Part shown: positions 26,689 through 36,299 of the stretch, in pieces | Position numbering within the stretch: position 1 is the stretch's first letter | Layout: each line of letters opens with the position of its first letter | NCBI GenBank assembly: GCA_964510025.1 | Contig: CAZDZV010000005.1 | Span: 62,001-105,668 of the forward strand | Origin: an uncultured Methanosarcinales archaeon | GTDB lineage: Archaea > Nanobdellota > Nanobdellia > Woesearchaeales > DATDXC01 | Reading direction: 5' to 3' | Length of the DNA stretch: 43,668 nucleotides | The notes under the pieces: model-generated | The model's database searches: none | What the model saw: only the letters and a program-made list of their open reading frames with translations | Told to the model about the DNA's origin: nothing | Made by a program: the position numbers and the translations under genes

Positions 26689-27918
26689 ATGAAAAAGATA
26701 CTGCAGCAAGCCTTAAAAGACATAAAACCAGACCGAAAGCAGCAAAAAGAGGTTGCCGCAAAGATAAATTCAATCATCTCTAGGATAAACCTGAAAGACG
26801 CTGAAGCCATATTGGGCGGCTCCGGTATCAAAGGGACATGGCTCAAAGACTCCTATGATGCTGATATTTTTGTATGCTTTGACTACAATAAATACAAGAA
26901 TAAGCACGACGAACTGCCAGATATTCTGGAAAAACACCTTAAAAGGAAGTTCGGGAGCATTACACGTCTGCATGGAAGCAGAGACTACTTTCAGATCGAC
27001 AAAAAGGGCTTCAGTTTTGAGATAATACCTATCTTGAAGATTGATAAAGCAGACAAGGCACAAAATATAACAGATGTAAGCCCTCTTCATGCCAGATTCA
27101 TAGAGAAGTACAGTCATTTGGCAGATGAGATGAGGCTGCTGAAGCAATTCTGCAAAGCAAATAATATTTATGGGGCTGAAAGCTACATAAACGGATTTTC
27201 AGGCTATGTTTGTGAGCTCCTTATTGTACATTACAAGTCTTTCCGTGCTGCAATAAGAAATGCTGCGAAATGGAAAAAAAAAGTAGTAATTGATACAAAA
27301 GGCTACTATAGAAACAGGAACATTTTCATGGAGCTCAACAAAAGCAAGCAGCAAGGTCCGTTGATAATAATAGATCCTGTGCAGTCCAGCAGAAATGCGG
27401 CAGCGGCCGTAAGCCAGGAAAAATTCGATCTTTTTAGAAAAAAAGCCATAGAGTTCTTGAAGAATCCTTCTATAAGATTTTTCAGAAAAAAGGATTTTTC
27501 AGTCTTGGAAATCAGGAAAAAATTCAGAAATGCCATCATACTGAAGATGATGCCTTTGAAAGGAAAAAAGGATGTAGTAGGATGCAAATTAGTCAAGGTA
27601 CTGAACCTACTGTATCGTGCTCTAATCAAGAACGATTTTCATGTAGACAAGCATGGCTGGAGCTGGAACCATGAAGCTGTCATGTATTTTGTCACAAAAG
27701 AGAGCAGACTCCCATCTACATCAGTCAAGGAAGGCCCGCCTATACAGAGGAAAGAGCATGTTAAAAGGTTCAGAAGGAAGTATAAAGCAACATATATGGA
27801 AGATGGCAGAATAAAAGCTAAGGTAAAACGAAAATACCTGAAGCCGGCTAAGTTGATCAAAGACAGGATAAGGAAGAAGGACATCTTAAGCAAAGTTGCG
27901 AAAATAGCTGTGATCTAA
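26689..27918 (+). CDS. cca: Archaeal class I CCA-adding enzyme
   Basis: GGS..KGTWL...DADIF, YGAES..GFSGYVCELL, IIDPV...RNAAAAVS. Confidence 0.93.
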   Translation: MKKILQQALKDIKPDRKQQKEVAAKINSIISRINLKDAEAILGGSGIKGTWLKDSYDADIFVCFDYNKYKNKHDELPDILEKHLKRKFGSITRLHGSRDYFQIDKKGFSFEIIPILKIDKADKAQNITDVSPLHARFIEKYSHLADEMRLLKQFCKANNIYGAESYINGFSGYVCELLIVHYKSFRAAIRNAAKWKKKVVIDTKGYYRNRNIFMELNKSKQQGPLIIIDPVQSSRNAAAAVSQEKFDLFRKKAIEFLKNPSIRFFRKKDFSVLEIRKKFRNAIILKMMPLKGKKDVVGCKLVKVLNLLYRALIKNDFHVDKHGWSWNHEAVMYFVTKESRLPSTSVKEGPPIQRKEHVKRFRRKYKATYMEDGRIKAKVKRKYLKPAKLIKDRIRKKDILSKVAKIAVI

Positions 27919-28386
27919 ATGGAAATTCTAGATCTAATAATCATTACCCTGATACCCGGTTTAGAGCTAAGAGCTTCTATCCCTTATGGCATTATCCAAG
28001 GAATGAACTGGTTTTTGGTTTTTTCAGTATGTGTGGTCACAAATATAATACTAGGGGTCATAGTCTTCAAGCTTATAGACGGGATAATTATGATAGTAAA
28101 AAAAATACATGTGATAGACATGTTCTGGAGCGTATATGTTGACAGAACACAAAAAAGGATAAGAAGTGCTGTCAAAAAATGGGGTGAATTTGCTGTAGCT
28201 GTCTTTATAGCTATCCCCCTGCCCGGGTCAGGGGTCTATTCAGGAGCGCTTGCTGCTTATCTAATCGGGCTTGATTTCAGAAAATTTTTAATAGCTAACG
28301 TAATAGGGGTCATAGTTGCAGGTGCCATAGTAGCGGCTGTCTCAGTAACAGGTGCAGGCATATTTAGTCTCTTCACTGGCGCATGA
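27919..28386 (+). CDS. COG2426 / small multi-drug export family membrane protein
   Basis: PGLELRASIPYG and FIAIPLPGSGVYSG motifs. Confidence 0.85.
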   Translation: MEILDLIIITLIPGLELRASIPYGIIQGMNWFLVFSVCVVTNIILGVIVFKLIDGIIMIVKKIHVIDMFWSVYVDRTQKRIRSAVKKWGEFAVAVFIAIPLPGSGVYSGALAAYLIGLDFRKFLIANVIGVIVAGAIVAAVSVTGAGIFSLFTGA

Positions 28387-28955
28387 AATACCGAAACAAT
28401 ATCATCATCTTTGCTGTCGGCCTAGTTCTAGCTTCATTTAGCTTTTACTTTGATAAGGCAGCATTTCTGATCATGGACAGAATCCGGAACCCGGTAATAG
28501 ACTACCTGATGGGTGCAGTCACACACTTTGGCTCTGTTATTGTTGTCCTCATATTCATGACAACACTCTTCCTGTGGGGCGAACGTAAAAGAGAGTGGAT
28601 CCCTGTACTTTGGCTATCTTTCCTCATTTCAAGCGCTGCCTGCATCGGGTTAAAGATGTTAGTTGCAAGGCCAAGGCCTTTTGAGCTTTTGATTATAAGT
28701 TTTTTTGGGGCTGTAAACTATTCTTTTCCGAGCCTGCATACAACAGCCTCATTCACTGCAATAGAGGTCCTAGACCGGGAATTTCCAAAATTCAAATGGT
28801 TTTGGGTTCTGTTCGCGTTTATGGTTGCGTTCAGCAGGGTGTATCTTAAGCTCCATTATCTCAGTGATGTAGCATTTGGGGCCTTATTGGGCTACACCAT
28901 TGGATTCATCCTGATCAGGTTAGAGGAAAGATTCAGACTGTTCAGGAGGCTATGA
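28383..28955 (+). CDS. PAP2-family membrane phosphatase
   Basis: K...ARPRP, SFPSLH, SRVYLKLHYLSDV. Confidence 0.93.
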   Translation: MKYRNNIIIFAVGLVLASFSFYFDKAAFLIMDRIRNPVIDYLMGAVTHFGSVIVVLIFMTTLFLWGERKREWIPVLWLSFLISSAACIGLKMLVARPRPFELLIISFFGAVNYSFPSLHTTASFTAIEVLDREFPKFKWFWVLFAFMVAFSRVYLKLHYLSDVAFGALLGYTIGFILIRLEERFRLFRRL

Positions 28956-29557
28956 CTGTGTTATCCAGAAAAGAGATAAAGAGGCAGATTTTTCATCTCT
29001 TGTTGGGCCTTATCTTAGCTTTCTTAATCTATGTGGGGCTGATCAACAGGCTTACAATGGGCCTGCTGCTAGCTGCAGCATATCTGGTGCATATCATCAG
29101 TAAAAAGAAGAAGATCCCGGGGATCTACTGGTTTTTGGATAAATTTGAGAGAGAGGAAGACCTAATTAAAAATCCTGGTAAAGGGGCTTTTTACTATCTA
29201 GCAGGCTCTTCTGTAGCTGTTCTGCTGTTTCCGAAAGACATTGCCATAGCTTCCATACTGATACTGGCTATCGGGGATTCCATCAGCCATTTGATAGGAA
29301 AGTTTGGGAGCATAAAACATCCGTTCAGCGACAAGAAATTTTTGGAAGGATTTATTGCAGGCGTAATCATGACATTTATCAGCTCATATGTTATCTTGGG
29401 CAGCGCTATTGAGGCTGCTCTTGGGTCAGTGACTGCTATGGGTATAGAGGGGCTTGATATACGATTAAAAGACCAAAAGATCGATGACAACCTTTTAATA
29501 CCGGTAGTTGCGGCCTGCGTGATATGGCTCACAAGATTTATAGTGAACTTCTTATAA
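28952..29557 (+). CDS. Dolichol/phytol kinase-like CTP-dependent membrane kinase
   Basis: RQIFHL, LAIGDSISHLIG, KKFLEG, DDNLLIP. Confidence 0.85.
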   Translation: MTVLSRKEIKRQIFHLLLGLILAFLIYVGLINRLTMGLLLAAAYLVHIISKKKKIPGIYWFLDKFEREEDLIKNPGKGAFYYLAGSSVAVLLFPKDIAIASILILAIGDSISHLIGKFGSIKHPFSDKKFLEGFIAGVIMTFISSYVILGSAIEAALGSVTAMGIEGLDIRLKDQKIDDNLLIPVVAACVIWLTRFIVNFL

Positions 29558-29594
29558 GGTTAAATTTAAATAGCATGGTTTGTTCCCAAATCCA

Positions 29595-30605
29595 ATGATA
29601 GAAAAATCAAGGCTTCTTGAGACAAACCCGTTTAAGGATATATTGGGGCAGATTGACATCAAGAAGCAGATTAAGTCTGCATTACTGGCTTCAAGACACA
29701 TAATCATCGTAGGTCCTCCAGGCATAGGGAAAACAACATTAGCCAAAAATATTGCCAAGCTGCTGCCGGACATCGTAGTGGCGAAAGGGTGCGACTATCA
29801 CTGCCTGCCAGAAAATCCCATCTGTCCGCAGTGCAAGTCTTCAAAGAATAAGGAATCTGAAAAAATTAGGGGAGAGCAACGTTTCATAAGGATACAGGGA
29901 AGCCCCGACCTTACTGCTGAGGACCTTTTGGGCGATATCGATCCCATAAAAGCCCTGAAATTCGGGCCACTAAGCATGGAAGCATTCACCCCTGGGAAGA
30001 TTTTCAAGGCAAACAACGGTATCCTGTTCTTTGATGAGGTTAATAGGTGCCCCCAGAAGCTCCAAAATGCGCTTCTACAGGTTCTTGAAGAAGGCAAGGC
30101 AACATTAGGCAGCTACGATGTGGATGTACCTAGCAACTTTATTTTTATAGGTACAATGAATCCAGAGGACAGCTCAACTGAAAAGATATCAGATGTCTTC
30201 ATCGACAGGTTTGACCTTGTGTACATGAATTATCCTGAAGATACTGCCATAGAAAAGGAGATCCTGGAAAAAAATGGGATGGATCTAGAGGTAAAGTTTC
30301 CTGATCAGCTGATGGAATTTATGATAGAATTCATCAGGAGCCTGAGGACTGATGATAAGATTGAAAAGAAACCAAGTGTCAGGGCGTCTTTAGGATTGTA
30401 TGAAAGAGCCCAGGCAAACGCCCTTATCAGGGGTAAGAAGGAGGTAAAATTTGAAGACATAGAGGAATCTATAGTCTCTGTCCTTAGCCACAGGATAAGC
30501 CTCAAGCCTTCTGTTAAATACCTTCAGGATACGACGGATTTCATAAGGCATGAATTTTCTAAATTCAGTGAAAAAAATGATGCAGACCGCGGTGATTCAC
30601 TTTGA
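29595..30605 (+). CDS. ChlI/MoxR-like AAA+ ATPase
   Basis: Walker A GPPGIGKT, Walker B FFDEVNR, LQNALLQVLEE, GTMNP, DRF. Confidence 0.92.
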   Translation: MIEKSRLLETNPFKDILGQIDIKKQIKSALLASRHIIIVGPPGIGKTTLAKNIAKLLPDIVVAKGCDYHCLPENPICPQCKSSKNKESEKIRGEQRFIRIQGSPDLTAEDLLGDIDPIKALKFGPLSMEAFTPGKIFKANNGILFFDEVNRCPQKLQNALLQVLEEGKATLGSYDVDVPSNFIFIGTMNPEDSSTEKISDVFIDRFDLVYMNYPEDTAIEKEILEKNGMDLEVKFPDQLMEFMIEFIRSLRTDDKIEKKPSVRASLGLYERAQANALIRGKKEVKFEDIEESIVSVLSHRISLKPSVKYLQDTTDFIRHEFSKFSEKNDADRGDSL

Positions 30606-31776
30606 CAGGCAGACAGAGATAAAGAAAATAAAGACAGGCAGTGAAAGAAAAGGCAAGCTTTCTTCTCAGGAAAAGGAAAATAAGCTAATGAGGACTGTGC
30701 TCAATAATGACAAGAATAAGATCAAGGAAGGTACTATAATAAAAGAAGCGCTTAATGTGGGCCTGAATGCTTTCACCCCTGACCTTCTGTTTGAGCAGAT
30801 CACAAAAAATTATTCTGTTGCGAAGAAACTCTATGGGCCTAAGTTAATAAGGGAACTTACTGATTATAATCCTGGTTATGTAGACAGAAACATAAAGATA
30901 CCGGAATTTCAGCGGGAAGTGCGGAAGAATATAACAAAAAATGTGGAGAAGCTCAAAAAAGAGGGAATCTTAGAAAAGGATGGAGCAATTTCTGAGATGG
31001 GGTATAAGCTAGCTTCACTCATACTTTATACAGAGGAGCTTGATAAGCTAATACCTAAGGGATTTTTCGGAAGGAAGGTGCATAAGGACAGCTATATATA
31101 CGGAGATAAGGAGGACATTAAGGATTATAAGAAAGGGGACAGGTACAGAGACCTGGCTATCAAGAAATCAATAACACTTGCTATACGCAGGGGAAGCAGC
31201 CAGATCAGCAAGGATAACCTTAAAAGTCACGAAAGGCAGTCCAAAGGGCAAATCTATCTGATTTACGCTCTTGATTCTTCCGGCAGCATGAAAGGAAAAA
31301 AGATTGAGGCTTGCAAGAAAGCAGGAATTGCCCTTGCGTTTAAGGCTATAGACGAAAGAGACAAGGTCGGGCTGATGGTTTTTGGATCTGAAATTAAAGA
31401 GAAGATAATGCCCACTCTTGACTTCAGGATGCTCCTGGACAGGATAACAAGGATCAAAGCAGCTAAAGAAACAAATCTCGCAAAGACAATAAAGGAGGCT
31501 GTTAATATGTTCCCGCGTAAGGAAGCGACAAAGCACCTGATGCTCATCACGGACGCTATGCCTACTGTGGGCAAAAATCCTGAAAAGGAAACATTGGAAG
31601 CTGTATCATTGGCCAATGCCAGCGGCATCACCATATCGCTTATAGGCACCGGAGTAGATAAAAAAGCGGTTGAGCTGGCCAACAAAATAACATCCCTTGG
31701 AAAAGGAAAATTGTATGTTCTTAAGGACCTAGAGAATCTTGACAGGATTGTCTTGGAGGATTACTATAGCATTTAG
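30577..31776 (+). CDS. VWA-domain protein (ChlD-like partner)
   Basis: MIDAS DSSGS, ETNL, LITDAMPT; overlaps the ATPase 3' end. Confidence 0.9.
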   Translation: MMQTAVIHFDRQTEIKKIKTGSERKGKLSSQEKENKLMRTVLNNDKNKIKEGTIIKEALNVGLNAFTPDLLFEQITKNYSVAKKLYGPKLIRELTDYNPGYVDRNIKIPEFQREVRKNITKNVEKLKKEGILEKDGAISEMGYKLASLILYTEELDKLIPKGFFGRKVHKDSYIYGDKEDIKDYKKGDRYRDLAIKKSITLAIRRGSSQISKDNLKSHERQSKGQIYLIYALDSSGSMKGKKIEACKKAGIALAFKAIDERDKVGLMVFGSEIKEKIMPTLDFRMLLDRITRIKAAKETNLAKTIKEAVNMFPRKEATKHLMLITDAMPTVGKNPEKETLEAVSLANASGITISLIGTGVDKKAVELANKITSLGKGKLYVLKDLENLDRIVLEDYYSI

Positions 31777-31811
31777 AAAACTTTAAAAAAAAACTAAGTC
31801 TAAGGTTTGCA

Positions 31812-32420
31812 ATGAGAATACTGGCGTTTGTGGACATGCATGGGAGCCATGATGCCCTGAAGAGACTAAGAAAAAAGTCTAAAAAAGCAGATTTAGTGGT
31901 TTGTGCAGGTGACCTGACAGTATTTGGGAACAAGCTGAGTGAGATATTATCCCAATTAAGCAAACTGAAAAAAGATATACTCATAATACCCGGCAACCAT
32001 GAAAACAGCGAAGAGCTGAAAACATTGTCCAACTCTTTCGATAAAATTGAATTTATCGACAAGAGGAGTGTAGTCTTAGACGGCAATCTATATCTTGGCT
32101 ATGGGGAAGGCGCTTTTTCAACTGTTGATAAGGAATTTGAAAAGATATCTAAGCGATTCAAAAAAGACATTAAGGATTTCAGGAAAGGCAGTAAAGATGG
32201 GAAGGTAGTGCTTATTACGCATGCACCCCCCTACAAGACAAAACTTGATATGATAGTTGATGAGGCTTGCGGAAATAAAAGCCTGCGGAAGTTCATTAAG
32301 AAGGTATGGCCTGACCTTGTGATTTCTGGCCATCTTCATGAGAATTCAGGTAAAGAAGACAAGATTGGAAGGACTAGGCTAGTCAATCCTGGGCCTTATG
32401 GGAAGATGTTGAGATTATGA
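31812..32420 (+). CDS. Calcineurin-like metallophosphoesterase
   Basis: DMH, GD, GNHE, THAPP, GHLHE, NPG. Confidence 0.93.
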   Translation: MRILAFVDMHGSHDALKRLRKKSKKADLVVCAGDLTVFGNKLSEILSQLSKLKKDILIIPGNHENSEELKTLSNSFDKIEFIDKRSVVLDGNLYLGYGEGAFSTVDKEFEKISKRFKKDIKDFRKGSKDGKVVLITHAPPYKTKLDMIVDEACGNKSLRKFIKKVWPDLVISGHLHENSGKEDKIGRTRLVNPGPYGKMLRL

Positions 32421-32472
32421 CCACTTGTAGATAACAAAATCTTTATAAAAGATCATAAATCACCAATAAACC

Positions 32473-33300
32473 ATGCCTGCAATATATCAAAGAGCACAAC
32501 CTGGCATAGGACGGTACTTTGAAGAAACTTTAACAAACTTTGTTAACTGCTCACCTAATGGGGGCCTAGTAGACTGTCTTCGAAGCTTAGATGATTTCGG
32601 CCCAGAGGGAGCTCCGCACAGATTTCGAGTTAAAGTAGGTGAGGCTAGCAACTCTATTGAGACTGTGCTTGACTACAATGGAGATTCAGGAGGATTTAGC
32701 CAGAACGGATTAGAGCAAGCTAAGGCTTTTTTTGAAAGCAGAGGTTTTAAGAGAGATGGATCAACATACATAAAAAAAGACTATACAGTAAGAATAGAAG
32801 AACAAGGTATAAGTATAAGAAGAGAGCAGGATGATGCACTGGCTGACACTACGGTGAGGCATTATATTAGGACCTGCGGCGCTCTTTTTGAGCTATTGGC
32901 TGGCGGAAACGGACAGCAGACTAAATTAAGCTACAACGGCAGAGCTGTCAGCTATAGCCAGGCTGCGACGCTGGTGCAACAGGAAGTGGTGGAGCAACCT
33001 GGCAGACTTGAGCTATTATATGCAACTGGTATCAAAATAACAATAGAAAGGATGCAGGCAAGGGGGAAGAATTATGTTAAAGCGCAGATTATACATGACC
33101 TGGACCTGACAGCAGTCGAGGCATACAATGAATCGCAAGACAGTGAACGCAGCTGGTTTGATGAAGCTAATGCACTTGCTATGAGAAACCTGCTGGAGAT
33201 AACTGAGGGGCTTGAAGCAAGAGAGATAGCACAGTTGATAAGGAGAACAGAAGCCTGCATAACTGATTATCTTGCCTTCAAAAAATCACCGAGCCAATAG
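32473..33300 (+). CDS. Hypothetical protein
   Basis: 275-aa ORF with TATA CTTTATAAAA at 32441-32450; no recognised motif. Confidence 0.7.
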   Translation: MPAIYQRAQPGIGRYFEETLTNFVNCSPNGGLVDCLRSLDDFGPEGAPHRFRVKVGEASNSIETVLDYNGDSGGFSQNGLEQAKAFFESRGFKRDGSTYIKKDYTVRIEEQGISIRREQDDALADTTVRHYIRTCGALFELLAGGNGQQTKLSYNGRAVSYSQAATLVQQEVVEQPGRLELLYATGIKITIERMQARGKNYVKAQIIHDLDLTAVEAYNESQDSERSWFDEANALAMRNLLEITEGLEAREIAQLIRRTEACITDYLAFKKSPSQ

Positions 33301-34200
33301 CACTACCCTGCTCTCTTTTTTCTCATCCTTAATTTGGTATTTGCAATGTTTGCAGATCTCTTTGGCAAATTCTTTTACCTCTTTATGTGAAGGCATATTC
33401 TCCTGTTTCAAACGCCTTTGTGAAAAACCCACCCACATATACGCCTTGCACTCAACATAATCAGGAGCTGCTTTCTGGATTAGTCCCGCATAAAGCTCTG
33501 GTTTTATCATGTTTCGATGTTTAACCAAGGTTAATCTTATCACAGATCTTCTGAATTTCTTGAGGAGAGTTAGTGATTTCACTATGCGGCTCCAGCCATC
33601 CTTGATGAGGGGCCTACAACATCCATGATATGTATCTTTATCAGGGGCAGGCAATGTGACATAAATCTGTGTTGGTTGTGCTTTTTTGTCCAGCAGTTTT
33701 TTGAGCATAGCTGGCTTTGTACCGTTTGTCACAAGAAACTGGTTGATCTTCCGTCTTTTCAGTTCAAGCATAAGTTCTGGAAGCCTTGGATACATAGTAG
33801 GCTCTCCTGTAAGGGATATAGCAAACTGTTGGGGGTTTTTCAGTTCTGAAAATTTTTTTTTGTCTGTCTTCTTGTTTCCCCCGAAGCCAAGAAGGTATTG
33901 GCAATTCTTCTCGATACACCCATCAACAATAAGTTTGGGGTCTTCTGACGGCCCTTTCCATTCTGGTTTGGTGAAGTCTATATCCCGCCAGCACCATATG
34001 CATCTATGCGTGCAGTTCTCCAAAGCAGGAGTCATCTGAACACACCTATGCGTGATAGTATCATAGAATTTCTGCTTATAGCAATCGCCTTCTTTTTTCA
34101 AAGATTTTTTTGTCCAAAGGCATGCTTTCACCGCAGAATGCCTTCCGACCAAGCGGTACCCCTGCCTATAGAGATCCTTCTGTTTTTTGCCAGATACCAT
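33286..34200 (-). CDS. taw1: 4-demethylwyosine synthase Taw1/TYW1 (radical SAM)
   Basis: HSAVKACLWTKKS, CYKQKFY, HRCVQMTP, CTHRCIWCWR, SLTGEPT, KAYMWVGFS. Confidence 0.95.
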   Translation of the reverse strand: MVSGKKQKDLYRQGYRLVGRHSAVKACLWTKKSLKKEGDCYKQKFYDTITHRCVQMTPALENCTHRCIWCWRDIDFTKPEWKGPSEDPKLIVDGCIEKNCQYLLGFGGNKKTDKKKFSELKNPQQFAISLTGEPTMYPRLPELMLELKRRKINQFLVTNGTKPAMLKKLLDKKAQPTQIYVTLPAPDKDTYHGCCRPLIKDGWSRIVKSLTLLKKFRRSVIRLTLVKHRNMIKPELYAGLIQKAAPDYVECKAYMWVGFSQRRLKQENMPSHKEVKEFAKEICKHCKYQIKDEKKESRVVLLAR

Positions 34201-34251
34201 TGAATTTTCGTAATACAAAGATATTTAAATTATTAGTGTTTTTTATGGAGT

Positions 34252-34740
34252 ATGCTTGAAAAAATAGAGATGCTTGAACAAAGCAAGCTATTCAAGGAAT
34301 GGAAGAAAGCCAATGGATCTTCATATTTGGTGCATGTTTTCAAGATGTTCGATCAGGCAAATAAGGATGAGATACAAGTAGGTTACTACAACAAGGATGA
34401 GACAATCACTACGTTTATAGTAGGAAAGGAGATCAAAAAAATTGGCAATGAAAGAATTTTTAAGAAGCCAAATACAAAAGTAATGGAGCTTAATCTAGCC
34501 AAGGTCAAGCTGGACATCTATGATGCGCTGAAAAAAGCAGCGGAATTCCAGAAAAAAGAGTACCCGGGTGAAGAGCCCCTGAAGCAGATACTCATACTAC
34601 AAAACATCGACGTGGGACAGGTATATAACATCACCTTTGTCACAAAAAGCTTCAAGACACTGAACATCAAGATTGATGCCAAAAACAAGAAGATTGTCAG
34701 GCATGAGCTCATGTCACTGATGGACCTTAAAGCTAAGTAA
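34252..34740 (+). CDS. Hypothetical protein
   Basis: 162-aa ORF, host-like composition, TATA-like ATTTAAAT about 25 nt upstream. Confidence 0.75.
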   Translation: MLEKIEMLEQSKLFKEWKKANGSSYLVHVFKMFDQANKDEIQVGYYNKDETITTFIVGKEIKKIGNERIFKKPNTKVMELNLAKVKLDIYDALKKAAEFQKKEYPGEEPLKQILILQNIDVGQVYNITFVTKSFKTLNIKIDAKNKKIVRHELMSLMDLKAK

Positions 34741-34826
34741 TTTTTTTCATATATCTTTAATATATATTTTTAATCTCAACATACTTTAAATATAAGCTTG
34801 CCCAAAAATAATCTATTCTTCTAAAA

Positions 34827-35087
34827 ATGGTGGCAGTAAAGATACAAATAATTAAGGAAAATGCAATCATCCCAAAACTAGCACATGAGGGGGATGCTGG
34901 TGTAGACCTGTATTCTACTGAGGATTATGAGCTGAGTCCTGGAGCCAGGACCCTGGTATCCACTGGAATCAAGATAAGCCTGCCCGATGGATATGAAGCA
35001 CAGATCAGACCCAAATCAGGGCTTGCTCTGAAAAATGGCATCTCTGTTCTAAATACACCGGGGACTATCGATTCAGGATATAGGGGG
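34827..35087 (+). CDS. dut: dUTPase, 5' part only (cut at junction)
   Basis: Motifs 1-3 [22 protein letters not shown] present; motifs 4-5 absent. Confidence 0.93.
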
Positions 35088-35095
35088 CGAGCTCA
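35082..35095. other. Archaeal/alphaproteobacterial junction (probable chimera)
   Basis: Abrupt switch from AT-rich to very GC-rich sequence; dut and alr both truncated. Confidence 0.92.
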
Positions 35096-35529
35096 CGCGC
35101 CCCGGCATCGGCCTGTATGGCGGCGCGCCCTTCGCCGAGGCCGAGCCGGTGGTCGCGCTGTCGCTGCCGGTGATCCAGACCCGCCTCGTCCGCCCGGGCG
35201 AGAGCGTGGGCTACGGCGCCACCTGGACGGCGCGGCAGGACACGCTGGTGGCCACCGTCGCCGCCGGCTACGCCGACGGGCTCGACCGGCACCTGTCGAA
35301 CGCGGGCACGCTCTGGTCCGGCGGCACGCCCTGCCCGATCCTCGGCCGCGTCTCGATGGACCTCATCGGCTGCGACGTCACCGCGCTGCCGGAGTTCCCC
35401 GAATGGCTGGACGTGCTCTGCCCCGCCCAGGGCATCGACGCGCTGGCAGAGGCCACCGGCACCATCGGCTACGAGGTGCTCACCACGCTGGGCCGCCGCT
35501 ACGCGCGCCGCTACGCCGGGCCCGCATGA
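35089..35529 (+). CDS. alr: Alanine racemase, 3' part only
   Basis: [37 protein letters not shown]. Confidence 0.95.
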   Translation, partial: ELTRPGIGLYGGAPFAEAEPVVALSLPVIQTRLVRPGESVGYGATWTARQDTLVATVAAGYADGLDRHLSNAGTLWSGGTPCPILGRVSMDLIGCDVTALPEFPEWLDVLCPAQGIDALAEATGTIGYEVLTTLGRRYARRYAGPA

Positions 35530-36299
35530 GGGCGCTGGCCGCCATCGGCGCCTCCACGCTCGCCCTGCTGGCGGGCGCGGGGCGGGCGACGCTGTTCCTG
35601 CTGGCCGGCCTCCGCGCGTTGGTCCTGCCGCCGTTCTATGTCCGGGAGTTCGCCCGTGCCCTCGCGACGATTGGGTATTTCTCGCTGCCGGTCGTCGGGC
35701 TGACGGCCTTTTTCACCGGCGGCGCGCTGGCGCTGCAGATCTACGACGGCGGCGCGCGCTTCAACGCGCAGTCGGTCGTCCCCTCGATCGTCGCCATCGG
35801 CATGGTGCGCGAGCTCGGCCCCGTCCTCGGCGGGCTGATGGTGGCCGCGCGCGTGGCCTCCTCGATCGCCGCCGAGATCGGCACCATGAAGGTGACCGAG
35901 CAGATCGACGCGCTCGTCACCCTCTCCACCGATCCGATGCGCTACCTCGTCGCCCCGCGCCTGCTGGCCGGCACCCTGGCCGTGCCCGCCCTGGTGGCGG
36001 TGGGCGACGCCATCGGCATTCTCGGCGGCTGGATCGTGGGCACCTCGCGGCTGGGCTTCAACTCCGCGGTCTATCTTCAGACGACGGCCGATTATCTGGA
36101 AGCGGCGGACGTCGTCTCCGGGCTCGTGAAGGGGGCCGTCTTCGGCCTGATCGTCGCGCTGATGGGCTGCTTCTTCGGCATGACGTCGGGCCGTGGGGCG
36201 CAGGGCGTGGGCCGGGCGACGAAATCGGCCGTGGTCTCCGCCTCCATCCTCATTCTGGCTGCCAACTACCTGCTGACGGAGGTTTTCTTCTCGGCATGA
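35526..36299 (+). CDS. mlaE: MlaE-family ABC permease
   Basis: [36 protein letters not shown] overlap with the alr stop. Confidence 0.95.
   Translation: MRALAAIGASTLALLAGAGRATLFLLAGLRALVLPPFYVREFARALATIGYFSLPVVGLTAFFTGGALALQIYDGGARFNAQSVVPSIVAIGMVRELGPVLGGLMVAARVASSIAAEIGTMKVTEQIDALVTLSTDPMRYLVAPRLLAGTLAVPALVAVGDAIGILGGWIVGTSRLGFNSAVYLQTTADYLEAADVVSGLVKGAVFGLIVALMGCFFGMTSGRGAQGVGRATKSAVVSASILILAANYLLTEVFFSA

Noticed and set aside
34827..36299. 490-aa dUTPase-MlaE fusion ORF in the track
   Set aside because: Artefact of the junction: the middle is an off-frame reading of alr, and mlaE has its own ATG at 35526
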